Shown: positions 1 to 10,491 of the stretch, one piece after another
Position numbering within the stretch: the stretch's first letter is position 1
How the letters are laid out: every line of letters starts with the position of its first letter
Origin: Candidatus Poribacteria bacterium
GTDB taxonomy: Bacteria > Poribacteria > WGA-4E > WGA-3G
Assembly (NCBI GenBank): GCA_965205025.1
Contig: CBDBFU010000032.1
Span: 128,001-192,000, forward strand
Reading direction: 5' to 3'
Length of the DNA stretch: 64,000 bases
Program-made: the position numbers and the translations under genes
The notes under the pieces: generated by a model
The model's database searches: none
Told to the model about the DNA's origin: nothing
Seen by the model: the letters and a program-made list of their open reading frames with translations, nothing else

Positions 1-1152
1 AACAGAGAGAAGAAGACAGTAATTGGATTGATGAGTGGCACTTCTGCAGATGGTGTTGATGTTGCTGTAGTTGACATTGTAGGTTCTGGGTTGAATACGG
101 AAGTGTGTCTGGTTGCATTTGAAACAATACAGTATAAACCTGAGATACGTACGAGGATATTTGATCTGTTTAGTGTTGAGACAGCAAGGATAGATGAAAT
201 ATGTAGGATGAATTTCGTGATAGGTAAAATCTTTGCTGAATCTGTTTTAACGGTTTTGGAAAAGATTGGTATGAGTTCAGCACAGATTGATCTGATCGGT
301 TCACATGGTCAAACGATTCACCACTTACCATTAGGAGAAATCCCTGCGACACTTCAGATTGGAGAACCTGCTGTGATTGCACATGAGACAGGTATTCCAA
401 CTATAGCTGATTTTCGCGTTGCAGATGTTGCTGCTGGTGGTGAAGGTGCACCGTTGATTGCATATATAGATTATATGCTATTTCACAGTCCAACTGAGAC
501 AATTGGACTGTTGAACATAGGTGGTATTTCAAATCTGACGGTGTTACCGGTTGGTGGAAGTATTGATGTTGTTCAAGCATCGGATACTGGTCCAGGTAAT
601 ATGATCTTGGATGCATGTGTTGAAGAGATGACTCATGGAGAAAAGCAGTTTGATGAAGATGGAAAGATGGCTCAGCAAGGTAGTGTATGTAAGCCGCTTT
701 TGGATATGTGGCTTGCTCATCCGTACTTTGAATTAGCACCCCCGAAAACGACGGGCCGTGAGGCATTTGGTAAATCGTATGCAGTCACTTGCTTACAGCA
801 GATTAGGACAGAAGGGATATCGGAATATGATGGACTTGCTACGCTTACAGCATTTACAGTAGAGAGTATAGCTGAATATGTAATGCGTTTTGTTGAACCA
901 AATTCTCCATTGGATATTTTGTATGTCAGTGGAGGTGGGGCACAAAATGCATTTATGATGCGTTGTCTTGCTGAAGTATTTGATCCTATTCCTGTTATGG
1001 ATGTTGGTGAAAAAGGGGTATCTGGTGATGCGAAAGAGGCAATTGCGTTTGCTATTCTTGCGAACGAGGCGGTGTATGGGAATTATGCTAATGTGCCGAA
1101 TGCGACGGGGGCATCGTGTCGGAAGATTTTAGGAAAGTTTGTTTGTCCGTAG
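1..1152 (+). CDS. anmK: Anhydro-N-acetylmuramic acid kinase (5' end runs off the window)
   Basis: Frame is open from base 1 (NREKKTVIGLMSGTSADGVD). AnmK motifs GSHGQT, GGEGAPL, NIGGISN, DTGPGN, KTTGRE and AKEAIAFA are present. Confidence 0.95.
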   Translation, partial: NREKKTVIGLMSGTSADGVDVAVVDIVGSGLNTEVCLVAFETIQYKPEIRTRIFDLFSVETARIDEICRMNFVIGKIFAESVLTVLEKIGMSSAQIDLIGSHGQTIHHLPLGEIPATLQIGEPAVIAHETGIPTIADFRVADVAAGGEGAPLIAYIDYMLFHSPTETIGLLNIGGISNLTVLPVGGSIDVVQASDTGPGNMILDACVEEMTHGEKQFDEDGKMAQQGSVCKPLLDMWLAHPYFELAPPKTTGREAFGKSYAVTCLQQIRTEGISEYDGLATLTAFTVESIAEYVMRFVEPNSPLDILYVSGGGAQNAFMMRCLAEVFDPIPVMDVGEKGVSGDAKEAIAFAILANEAVYGNYANVPNATGASCRKILGKFVCP

Positions 1153-1194
1153 GTTAGTTTTTTTTTTGATAAATTTCTTTTTTTACCTGCTTTT

Positions 1195-1466
1195 CTACAC
1201 ATCTTTCGCCCCGCGAATCAAGGAATCAACGGTATGAATGCTATTTAGCATTCCCCGGGTATGAATGACATTATGAAGATTAATTTATTAATTCGGTAAT
1301 ATACGGGCGGGTTAACCCCGCCCCTACGATAAGTTTATGGACTGGATTACCGAAATATTTACTTAATACTCATTAGTCATTCCCCGGGACTCAATATCTG
1401 CCGGGTCTATAAGAGCAAAATCATTGGAAAAATGAAGTACATATTTCTATTTTCAAACTCACGTTA
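1195..1466. repeat. Nested repeat cluster: REP half-hairpin, palindromic module D, MITE-like element B with internal GTAG-REP, right end of element E
   Basis: gaatcaacggtatgaatgctatttagcattccccg at 1223-1257; atgaagattaa...ttaatactcat at 1273-1373 enclosing gggcgggttaaccccgcccctac; tcaaactcacgtt near 1453-1465. All recur elsewhere in the window. Confidence 0.85.
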
Positions 1467-1467
1467 T

Positions 1468-2493
1468 TTAAAACAGGATCCGTAGGGAGAGACGGTTACT
1501 GATGCCTAAATCTGGTTGTCGTTGGTATGCGTAGTCAACATGGAATGCAGCACCAGTTAGGAATTGGAGTTGAAGTCCAGCCCCGGCGGTAAAATACATG
1601 GCACGAGTTGTACCGTTTCTTCCATCTAATCCACACCGAAGTGCTAATAGGTCAAACAGGATATATTCCGCGCCGGTATGAAATTCATAGTCATTTCGTG
1701 TATCCATATCTGCTGCTAATGTGAGATGACTGTTGAAGAGTGAAATTTTTTGATGATATGCGAGACCAACTTTTAAGCGAGGTGAGACCGTCTCTGTATG
1801 AGGAGCATCACCTTCATTTTCTGGTGGAGTATTCCAATATAGTTTGGTTGTGAAGAAGTCGCTTGTAACAAGACCGAAAGAGAATGCAGTTGATTTTTCA
1901 GGATCAGTCTTAGCAAGAATACCGAGATCGCTTCCTCCACCGATAGCGTTTGTATTTCGATACGCACCGATATATATGAGTTTAAGACTTGCTCCAAGAT
2001 GGAGAGAGATGTGTTTCTTTAGTTTCTTAATTTGTCGTGCTCCACTGAGTACTAATGCATTGCTTGTATTGCTAAAAGTCCCGATGACATAGGGACGGTT
2101 CTCCGGTCCAATTGCTTTACTGGTAACTGGTATTCCGGTGATTGGTATATCATCTACTCCTACCCGTAGCCAACTAAGTCCCAATGTTGTTTTTGAAGAA
2201 AACGGGTAGATATAGCTTACGACATCATAGGCAGCGAGATCAGCAAGAGTGGCGTGCATAAAGTTAAATTCGTGGTGTGTTAGTTGTGAAATACCAGCGG
2301 GATTATAGTATGTTGTACTGGCTTCATCTGCTATTGCTGTAAATGCGTTTCCCATCCCTAATGGACGTGCCCCAGTTCCTAATGTGAGGAAGTCTGCAGT
2401 ATATGTCTGATTGGCTGCTGCGGGAAGTATTATTATTAAAAGAAAGATATAGATACAAGTTATTTTTTTCATAAGTTTGTTGTTTGTTTTCAA
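1468..2493 (-). CDS. PorV/PorQ-family outer-membrane beta-barrel protein (type IX secretion-like)
   Basis: Signal peptide, FLTLGTGARPLGMGNAFTAIADEASTTYYNPAG N-terminal motif, DYAY and a C-terminal Phe; lies downstream of a C25 peptidase gene. Confidence 0.8.
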   Translation of the reverse strand: MKTNNKLMKKITCIYIFLLIIILPAAANQTYTADFLTLGTGARPLGMGNAFTAIADEASTTYYNPAGISQLTHHEFNFMHATLADLAAYDVVSYIYPFSSKTTLGLSWLRVGVDDIPITGIPVTSKAIGPENRPYVIGTFSNTSNALVLSGARQIKKLKKHISLHLGASLKLIYIGAYRNTNAIGGGSDLGILAKTDPEKSTAFSFGLVTSDFFTTKLYWNTPPENEGDAPHTETVSPRLKVGLAYHQKISLFNSHLTLAADMDTRNDYEFHTGAEYILFDLLALRCGLDGRNGTTRAMYFTAGAGLQLQFLTGAAFHVDYAYQRQPDLGISNRLSLRILF

Positions 2494-2535
2494 TTTTCAG
2501 TTGTTAGTTTTCAGTTTCCCTCTTTTCAAGATATG

Positions 2536-5500
2536 TTACTTTAGTTTCATCATTTTGAGGATATGGGTTTGATCATCTTCGTCATCAAGACTTTTTACAA
2601 TCATCTTTCCATAGTATACACCGTTTGCTACCTCGTTTCCGTCGTCATCTTTACCATCCCATTTTAGTTGTATAAAGCCTGCGGAGGCTTCAGATTGTAG
2701 TTCTCTGATAAGTCGTCCAGTGAGTGTATATATTTTTACTATGAGTGATTCTGCAGGACGCGTCAATTCACATGTCACTGTAGTATCCGAATTAAATGGG
2801 TTCGGATAATTTAGGGGTTCAACTAATTGTAATTTTCCGTGTACTTGGAAAGCGATTTCACTCTCACCTGTATTTCCATCAAGGTCACTTGCTATAAGTC
2901 TTAGTTGATATTCACGTGGTTCAAGTTCAGGGGAATTATAGGTCAATATCAGTTGGCTTGAACCTGGATGCTGTGTAAGTTTATATTCTGTTTCTGGGAT
3001 TGGCTGAAACTCCCCAAGTTTTCCTAATTCAAGTTGAATGGGTCGGGTGATGTAATCAATCCCTCGCGGATCAGTAAGTGTTGCTTGGACGAGTGGGGAC
3101 GCATCCACGGGATCCCCGGAAACAAAATGCCCTTGATTGCCAACGGTCAACTGTATGTTAGGAGGAACTGTATCCTCACTTTGTAGACAAGTAATTGTAC
3201 CTAAGTATGATGTGGTTGATTGAATAGTTCCAACCGGAGAGGTATTGAACAGGAATCGATCTCCTGGTGTAAACGGGGTTGTTCCGTGTGTTATCAGTAG
3301 GTTCATTCCATAGTCCTTATACTCATAAGGTTTACCCACTGTGCCGTATACTGGTACCCCGTTGTTTTGTAATATTCCTGTGTTTTTTCCTTCGATCTGA
3401 TACTGGTTTTCTGTAACAAAGAGGATAAGCCAAGAATCCTGTGGTATCTTTGTATTTGTGGATAAATCCAGATATTGAATTGTTCCATTTCCGGCGTTAC
3501 GTGAAGTAAAAGAAGAAGCGAATAACTGTGAGACTTCTTCACCAGGTGCTTCAAGTTTTGCGATACGAAAGCGCATCATATCACCGAATTGAAATGGAAT
3601 CTCCCCCTCTTGTATTTCTAATAAGAAATTAGGTATATCTTCAATTGTTACCCCAAATACGCTGGTAAAGGATGTAATAGGTATTCCTCTTGCGATTTCT
3701 TTTAATTGGGGTTTGCCTACCAGATTCTCATTGGAAGTTTGATCAGTTAAGAAGAGAACTCTACAAGTATGCGTCGAGTCAAATAGGAGTATCCATGTCC
3801 CCGTATCAACACCGTCGGATGGTATAATGACATCATTGAGGGCAGCATCGGTATTATTTTTTGCTCTGATACCAGTTGCGCGTATAGCGGTATATATACT
3901 ACCATTCGTATGTTTTTTGACTTTAGACTCGAGTCGTGTCCAGTTTGCTATTTCATCAAGCCAAAGATAAGCACCAAGGGTTTGTGTTCTTGCTTGGATA
4001 GCAGTATTAATAGTTTCCTCAATATCGGACATTTCGTGTGTTACATCAACATCACTCCCAAACAGTTCACGAATAATTTCGTGCTGAAGTGCAGTAAAAT
4101 CGAAATCAAGTTCTATGGAAACAGGAGTTTGTAGTTTAAATGTGTTTCTTGTTTCTTTGAATTCAGAGTTTTTTATTTGGAGTGTGTATCCGAGCATAGA
4201 AGGTTCATTTGGGAATGTCACTGGTATAAGTGTTCCGGCTTGTAGATGACTTTTCTCTTTATTGCTAACAGATGAGAAGACCGGTTCAGATTTTCTGGCA
4301 ATCTCTCGTGCATTTCCCGTCCCACCAATAGCATAATCTTCGTCACTAAATGTTGTATCTGGTATTATTGATGAGATATTGAGGACAGTAGTTTTGTTTT
4401 GAATAACACCTGCTGGAAGGTTGATTCTTAATCCCCCATCAATACTTGCGACTCGTGCGGGACCTCCTCCAATAATGTTGCTTGAGACAGCAAGCTGTCT
4501 GTATCCGATATTATCATTCTCATTATTTTCCTTTACTTTCCCGTTTTCATCTGCTTCGTTAAAAACAGGATCAACATAGACGAAGACGTCGTGTGTACCT
4601 GTTCTCAATGATATGGGAATAATAACAGTAGCAATTGGGTTGATATTTAGCGGGTTGGGTATGTAGGCATTGGATCGATTGTTTAGTGGATTTCGTACCA
4701 CCCAATTCTTCGGTGTAATTTGTGTTTTACCGAGTATATGGGCGTCTTCATCAACGATGCCGTTATTATCAATATCTGGATTACCACTGAAAAATACGAC
4801 CTCTATATCCACATCGGATAATCCTAATACAGAAAGTAAATCATTTTCTGAATCAATTTTATCAGAGGAGTTTGCTGTGCCTACTAATTCAATATCAGCA
4901 GATAATACATATTCTTGCTCTCCATCTTCAGGATTCCCCACCTCATAATTGATCTGCGTTATGTTTTCCTCACGACTTGCAGCAACAGAAAGATTTGGAA
5001 AGGTATATGGATAGAAGCGGAGGATTTCAGATCTGATAGATTGTCCATCTGTATCTGTCACTTGGATATCATAACGTAATGCGGAACCATCAGTAGGAAC
5101 AGGTAATGCCTGAGGAATTTTCCACCATCTTGCGGTTGCTATATTAGGTTCATTAGTTTCAGGGCCTGATTGTGTAGGAATTAGTGATATTATTTCCCAA
5201 TTAGCAGTATTTGGATTACGCCATTCTAATTTAACAGAATCAACAGCTTTTTCATCGTCAGACACGCGAACAAATAGGTCAATCACATCCTCACCAGATG
5301 TTTTTGTAGTGAGTATTGGTTTTATATCAAGTATTTTTGGTATTTTGACAGTGAAACCGTCCCCACCGACAGCGATTTCAGTATTGTTTTCTGCATAGTA
5401 TTCAACGTGTGCATCACCAGCGGCAATGTTATTCGGTACATCTATTTCCACTGCAGGATAGCTTCCGTTTTTTACAGATATTGTTTTTGTTTTTATAACA

Positions 5501-8500
5501 TCTCCGGAGTAGAACTCTTTAGGGGCTCCAGTCTTATCTACACCGACTGATTGTTGTCCTGGGAAGACAACTTTGACAGTCAATTCTCCATTAAAGTTTG
5601 TATTTCGCGTGAATTTCTTCTGTTTTACAATAGGATCATAGCTTGCAGTCTGTATATATCCGTGTTCGATTTTTACAGTATCCCCAACTTTAACCGTCTT
5701 TGTCTGAATTGCGGGTAAGATTTCATAATCCGCCATAGCAATGTGCATAGCAGGATCACCGAATAGTGTATATTCCAGCATAATATCAAGTTGTCCAGTG
5801 CCTTGGGTTAGCAGATATTCAAGTTTGGAGTCAAAGCTTAGGGGTCCCAGTTGTCTAATATTACGTTTGAATAGCATATCAAATATGATCTGGTTTAGAT
5901 CTTCATTTCCACTGCCGTAAGTTAATCGAGTAGCACTGAGCATCCCTATGATTCCGCCTCTTTCTTTCCTTAGGAGTTTTTCAGCCAAACTCGGTTCACC
6001 CGGTTCATCAAAATATCCGTTATAACAACTCAAGACCAACATAAACGGCAGATGGTCTGTTTCTTTAACGTCATCAACATAAGCATTTCCGAAGATGGCT
6101 TCGTGTGCCCAGACAATATTTCCACCGTGTCCGGCGTATTGTGCGATAGCTGCTCCTTCCCCCAAAGCCTTAATAATCCTATCTCTTGCGACATGTCGAG
6201 GTAGAGTACTGGGAAATTGTTCAGGATTCGCCTCAACTTCATCTATTACATCTTCAAGATAAATCTCAATTGTTTCATATCCGAGGCGAGTATGGTTTTT
6301 TGCAATTTCGTTTAGACTCTTTTTAAAGATGTGATCACCGGGGTTATTCACCTCATCATCGGCAACAGATATAATGCGTCTTCTCCATGTACCATTTGGT
6401 CGTTTCGATTCGTAATTAATGATTTTATCAACAACAGCATCAGCTTCAGTCTGAGTTTCAACGGCGAGTCTCCCGATATATAAATCGACAAACTCATCAT
6501 GTCCTGAGACTGTAGCATACCAATGGTCAGTTGAAGTTCTACCATACGAATCTGTAGTGATGTAATGTGTAGGTATATATCCTGTGAGTTCAGGTGGTTC
6601 TGAATATATATCTTTATCTATACCTCGGAAATCGAAAGTGCCATCTCCTAAGATAACCATATATAAGAGTGCTGGAGGAGTCCAATTATGATAGGCATAG
6701 GTAAGGAAATTCTTTATCCAGATAGGATGGACTTTCCCGTCTCCAAATGTATTGTAAACATCGTTTATATCAACAACTTTTGTTCTATGTCCGCCTCCTC
6801 GTTGTGTGGATCGCCAGTTTGCTAACCTATCTGCTTGTTCTCGATATGTTGCATGGGTCAAGATAAGGTAGTCGACACTGTTCAGAGTGTTTCGTAGGTC
6901 GTTGGGTTGTATTGTTTCAATTTTAGCAGGTTTCCGAAGGGCTGAATTTGAAACAGCGATAAACTCAGTTGTTCTTGTATCTGGTATCTGAAAAATTGCG
7001 GAATATGTACTATTGGGAACACTTCTGAGATCTCCAGAATTTAATGCCCTTAGACGATCCTGCATTTCATGATTGACATTCTGCTGTAATATATTTACGC
7101 CTTGCAGCTTTGCAGTAAGAGTATTTCCGTCAGTTTCAAAAACATTAATTTTCGGATCAAGAAATGCATCAATCCGAAATTGGTGTATTCTCCCTTTCTT
7201 TTCTTCCTCACCCACTGTTTTAATGGGAGTACCAAATCGGAGTTCATCATTAACGGCTAAGAATAGTCGTGTATAATCCACCCAAAAGCGATTTAAGTAT
7301 ATATGATATGGATATCTCTTTGTGTCTTCTTCAAAAGTGCTATCGACTCGTGTTAGAGAAAGGATATTATTTTCGCCTTGCGAGGTATCTTTAAGGTTAT
7401 TCCAAACGCGAAGATTTTTTGAGAGAGTTACTTGCGATTGCAAATCCCATTTTGCGAGATCAATTTTAACACCGTTTACAGAAGCCAATATTTCATGGAA
7501 TACAGGTGTTCCTCCTTGTAATACGACGTGTATTTGTGGAGCATCGAAGCTTTTTGCTATATCGTGGAGTTGGAATTCATGTCTGAGTTCTCCTATATCA
7601 CTTGCATTTTTGATACCGTCCCAATACCAAAAGTCTAATGCGTCAAACCATTTATGTTTATCCCCATCTGAAACGACATCTGGATCAACGAATTCAAGGT
7701 TATTTGTGAGGTGATCCTCCTCAAAAATGACTCTTGACCGAAAAGTTGGGACTTGAACGGCGGTTGCATCGCTTGGACTTGCTTCAATTTGTGGCACACG
7801 TGATGGTAGTTGTCTATCGGATGATATCGTTAGCCAGTATACATTCCACAATGTATATGCATTTTTGGGATAGGGATTATCGGGATCTGTTGTGCCATGG
7901 GCGAGGAAGAAAATAGCATCGTTTGCATCAAAACTTCGATCTCCCGCGCCGCTAATATAGATAGGTATTTCTTGATCTGCATGTGAAAGTTGTATTTTCT
8001 GTGGATCAATACCGATGAGATTAATATCCCAATCGGTATGGAGTGATGCTGCTGAGACACTGTATATACCGGTCCTATCAATATACAATTTATAGCGTGT
8101 TTGATTTGATTTGTCATTTAATCCTGGTGCAGCGGGAGCAGATGGTACGTTTCCATTCTGAATATATGAAGGACGTTTTGTCTGAAAACCTGTGTTAAAG
8201 ATCTTTTTATAGTCTGAATAGTTGTGGATATGATGTGTTAGTGAATGCTTGTTGGAATTTAGACGTTCCTGTGAATTTGATAAAATAGAATTTAGTCTTG
8301 CTTCATTTCCAAGTTTAGATAGTTGTGATTGAAAAGGAATAGAGACTGTGAGACTGGTGTAAGACTGAAGTATACGTGTTTGTATATTGTATTGTACTGG
8401 ATGTAGTGCTAATGTAATGACGCGTTGAGAACGTATGTATCCATCCATTTCTATACGTGCCAAGACTGAAGGATAGAGATGAGAATGAGTAGATACATTT

Positions 8501-8961
8501 TCTTTATCAACTGGGAGTTTCACACCGTTGCGAGTTTGCAGAAAACCTGCATGAACTGATATGTCAGTATTGTTTAGTTTTACATCGGGAGGTATTGCTA
8601 AAAGCAGCCGTGTTGCAGGTAATTTTGGATAACCTGGATCTTGTATCCAATCACAATCTGAATAATGAACTGTATCATATACGATGTTTTCTTGCGGATT
8701 ACCATTGTTTACATCATGGGAAACTCTACTGACATGGAGTTGGGGTAATTTAAAAGTTACTGTTATACCGTCTTGGGTTGTGACATGGGAGACATCCGCA
8801 TATATGTCAGTATTAAAGGTGAATAAAACTCCCGCGAATGTGAGAAAATACAATAAAATTGCCCAGATGTGGGTTTTGGAGGTAATTACATTTTTAAAGG
8901 AAAATGATTTGATTTTTTTGTGATATATGAAAATATGATTTTGATGATTAATCTTGAGCAT
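2536..8961 (-). CDS. Large C25 (gingipain/PorU-like) cysteine peptidase with propeptide and C-terminal FlgD-Ig/T9SS-type domain
   Basis: DYLILTH, ILGDG, TDHWY, IGRL, catalytic YAGHG and SCYNGYF, LFGDP; the C-terminus has NYPNPFN...IYTLTGRLIR...WDGKDDDG..VANGVY. Confidence 0.85.
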   Translation of the reverse strand: MLKINHQNHIFIYHKKIKSFSFKNVITSKTHIWAILLYFLTFAGVLFTFNTDIYADVSHVTTQDGITVTFKLPQLHVSRVSHDVNNGNPQENIVYDTVHYSDCDWIQDPGYPKLPATRLLLAIPPDVKLNNTDISVHAGFLQTRNGVKLPVDKENVSTHSHLYPSVLARIEMDGYIRSQRVITLALHPVQYNIQTRILQSYTSLTVSIPFQSQLSKLGNEARLNSILSNSQERLNSNKHSLTHHIHNYSDYKKIFNTGFQTKRPSYIQNGNVPSAPAAPGLNDKSNQTRYKLYIDRTGIYSVSAASLHTDWDINLIGIDPQKIQLSHADQEIPIYISGAGDRSFDANDAIFFLAHGTTDPDNPYPKNAYTLWNVYWLTISSDRQLPSRVPQIEASPSDATAVQVPTFRSRVIFEEDHLTNNLEFVDPDVVSDGDKHKWFDALDFWYWDGIKNASDIGELRHEFQLHDIAKSFDAPQIHVVLQGGTPVFHEILASVNGVKIDLAKWDLQSQVTLSKNLRVWNNLKDTSQGENNILSLTRVDSTFEEDTKRYPYHIYLNRFWVDYTRLFLAVNDELRFGTPIKTVGEEEKKGRIHQFRIDAFLDPKINVFETDGNTLTAKLQGVNILQQNVNHEMQDRLRALNSGDLRSVPNSTYSAIFQIPDTRTTEFIAVSNSALRKPAKIETIQPNDLRNTLNSVDYLILTHATYREQADRLANWRSTQRGGGHRTKVVDINDVYNTFGDGKVHPIWIKNFLTYAYHNWTPPALLYMVILGDGTFDFRGIDKDIYSEPPELTGYIPTHYITTDSYGRTSTDHWYATVSGHDEFVDLYIGRLAVETQTEADAVVDKIINYESKRPNGTWRRRIISVADDEVNNPGDHIFKKSLNEIAKNHTRLGYETIEIYLEDVIDEVEANPEQFPSTLPRHVARDRIIKALGEGAAIAQYAGHGGNIVWAHEAIFGNAYVDDVKETDHLPFMLVLSCYNGYFDEPGEPSLAEKLLRKERGGIIGMLSATRLTYGSGNEDLNQIIFDMLFKRNIRQLGPLSFDSKLEYLLTQGTGQLDIMLEYTLFGDPAMHIAMADYEILPAIQTKTVKVGDTVKIEHGYIQTASYDPIVKQKKFTRNTNFNGELTVKVVFPGQQSVGVDKTGAPKEFYSGDVIKTKTISVKNGSYPAVEIDVPNNIAAGDAHVEYYAENNTEIAVGGDGFTVKIPKILDIKPILTTKTSGEDVIDLFVRVSDDEKAVDSVKLEWRNPNTANWEIISLIPTQSGPETNEPNIATARWWKIPQALPVPTDGSALRYDIQVTDTDGQSIRSEILRFYPYTFPNLSVAASREENITQINYEVGNPEDGEQEYVLSADIELVGTANSSDKIDSENDLLSVLGLSDVDIEVVFFSGNPDIDNNGIVDEDAHILGKTQITPKNWVVRNPLNNRSNAYIPNPLNINPIATVIIPISLRTGTHDVFVYVDPVFNEADENGKVKENNENDNIGYRQLAVSSNIIGGGPARVASIDGGLRINLPAGVIQNKTTVLNISSIIPDTTFSDEDYAIGGTGNAREIARKSEPVFSSVSNKEKSHLQAGTLIPVTFPNEPSMLGYTLQIKNSEFKETRNTFKLQTPVSIELDFDFTALQHEIIRELFGSDVDVTHEMSDIEETINTAIQARTQTLGAYLWLDEIANWTRLESKVKKHTNGSIYTAIRATGIRAKNNTDAALNDVIIPSDGVDTGTWILLFDSTHTCRVLFLTDQTSNENLVGKPQLKEIARGIPITSFTSVFGVTIEDIPNFLLEIQEGEIPFQFGDMMRFRIAKLEAPGEEVSQLFASSFTSRNAGNGTIQYLDLSTNTKIPQDSWLILFVTENQYQIEGKNTGILQNNGVPVYGTVGKPYEYKDYGMNLLITHGTTPFTPGDRFLFNTSPVGTIQSTTSYLGTITCLQSEDTVPPNIQLTVGNQGHFVSGDPVDASPLVQATLTDPRGIDYITRPIQLELGKLGEFQPIPETEYKLTQHPGSSQLILTYNSPELEPREYQLRLIASDLDGNTGESEIAFQVHGKLQLVEPLNYPNPFNSDTTVTCELTRPAESLIVKIYTLTGRLIRELQSEASAGFIQLKWDGKDDDGNEVANGVYYGKMIVKSLDDEDDQTHILKMMKLK

Positions 8962-9162
8962 TATCTTGCCTTAATTAGTTGTTAGTTGTTAGTTGATAAT
9001 TGTTTCCGTTTAACAGTGGCATTTTCAGAGTAAAGGTTTTTGGCACTCAACTTCATCCTGCAATTGTATCTGGATACCAATATTTTTCCCAAGTATTGTT
9101 CATTTGTATACATCTCAACTCCATTATTGCATTGTGACCTTCATCTGTCAATCTCATAATTA

Positions 9163-9270
9163 TATTAGATGTATGGCTATTGTGAATGGAAAAAGTGTTA
9201 ATTTTTGTCGTATTGAAATGGTTGCCCTTTCACGGAAACCTTCACGGAGCAATTTTACGAGCCCTTATTC
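9163..9270. repeat. ~108-bp dispersed intergenic repeat (second copy 16830-16936)
   Basis: tattagatgtatgg...ttcacggaaac(c/t)ttcacggagcaattttacga(g/a)cccttattc aligns between the two loci. Confidence 0.85.
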
Positions 9271-9421
9271 TATAAGGGTTTAAATTTTAATTAGACCGAT
9301 TTTCCGTGAATCACATTCGTTAATTTAATTATAACTTAAGTACTTATATGTTTTTCATACGAAATGTATTGGGACATAGCACTCCGCTGGAGTGCCAGAT
9401 TGTTCCGATATTGTTTTCTAT

Positions 9422-9573
9422 AACGTGAGTTTGATAAATCATATTTTTAAATTCGAATCAACGGTATGAATGCTATTTAGCATTCCCCGTGGTTAGGAAA
9501 CCGCACCTACCGGGCGTATAGGAGTAATATTTTAGGAAAATGAAACTTATTTGCCTATTATCAAACTCACGTT
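9422..9573. mobile_element. MITE-like element E with a 6-bp target duplication, carrying module D and a REP remnant
   Basis: 16-bp TIRs aacgtgagtttgataa / ttatcaaactcacgtt; ttctat is duplicated at 9416-9421 and 9574-9579. Confidence 0.8.
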
Positions 9574-10347
9574 TTCTATGGACATAGTACTCCGCTGGAG
9601 TACGGTATTTTTGATATAGAAAACTCCAAAAAATAGACTTATCATTAGATACTCAGTTTCCCTGAATTAGAATTTTCCAATTTAGGCTTTGTATATAATT
9701 GGCATATTTGGTCTTGAGAATACTCTTCAATAACTGATATTTCAGATTGTTAAAAAGGTCTAAAAACAGAGATTTAATCCTAATATACAGACAAAAAATA
9801 AGGTGTAAAAATAGACATTTAATCCTAAATCTCAGAGAGTAGATAGTGTTGTTGTTGCATGAGTCTATTCCTCGAAAAAATGAAAAAAGTTACACTTTTT
9901 GTCACACGGTGTGACATTGAAATTGGTGTAAATTACCCCTATAACCCCTGTCATAGACTGACTTTACTCCACTTTGAATTGACTTTATAAGAATTTCTAA
10001 AATGTGTGGTTTTGTGTTCTTTTTATCCTTCCTGATTTTGAGATTCCCAACGGTTAAAAAGGTATGCTTTTTTGACGTATATGAAACTTTGTATTTAGGA
10101 TCGTATTTATAAATTGTCATTTGTTTTTAGTTTGTGTTGTAACTTCTAATTTTATTTTCATTTTGACAGATATTCTTAATATGTGCTTCTATTTTTGTGA
10201 TATATGTATGTTAGTTGTTAGAGATGGATGTTTTCTTCATTAATTAGATCGGGGATCGGAATCCTCTCCTACACATAATACTATTTCTATAAATTATTGT
10301 CTCATTAGGTGGTTATTATGGCAGTCATTTTTCAGGTCACAAACTGA

Positions 10348-10491
10348 ATGAAGATTAAAATAATAATTCGGTAATGTGTTAGAAATTCGAATCAACGGTA
10401 TGAATGCTATTTAGCATTCCCCGTGGTTAGGAAACCGAACCTACCAAGTTTGGGAAAATGGGAATTACCGAATTTAAAACTTAATCCTCAT
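10348..10491. mobile_element. MITE-like element B inserted in a cacaaact/agtttgtg REP loop
   Basis: Imperfect TIRs atgaagattaa..ttcggtaat / attaccgaa..ttaatcctcat; contains module D (10389-10423) and ggttaggaaaccgaacctac. Confidence 0.8.

Noticed and set aside
8975-8995. ttagttg heptamer x3 (similar tract near 2496-2516) as a contingency locus
   Set aside because: Too short and intergenic; nothing here indicates a switching function.
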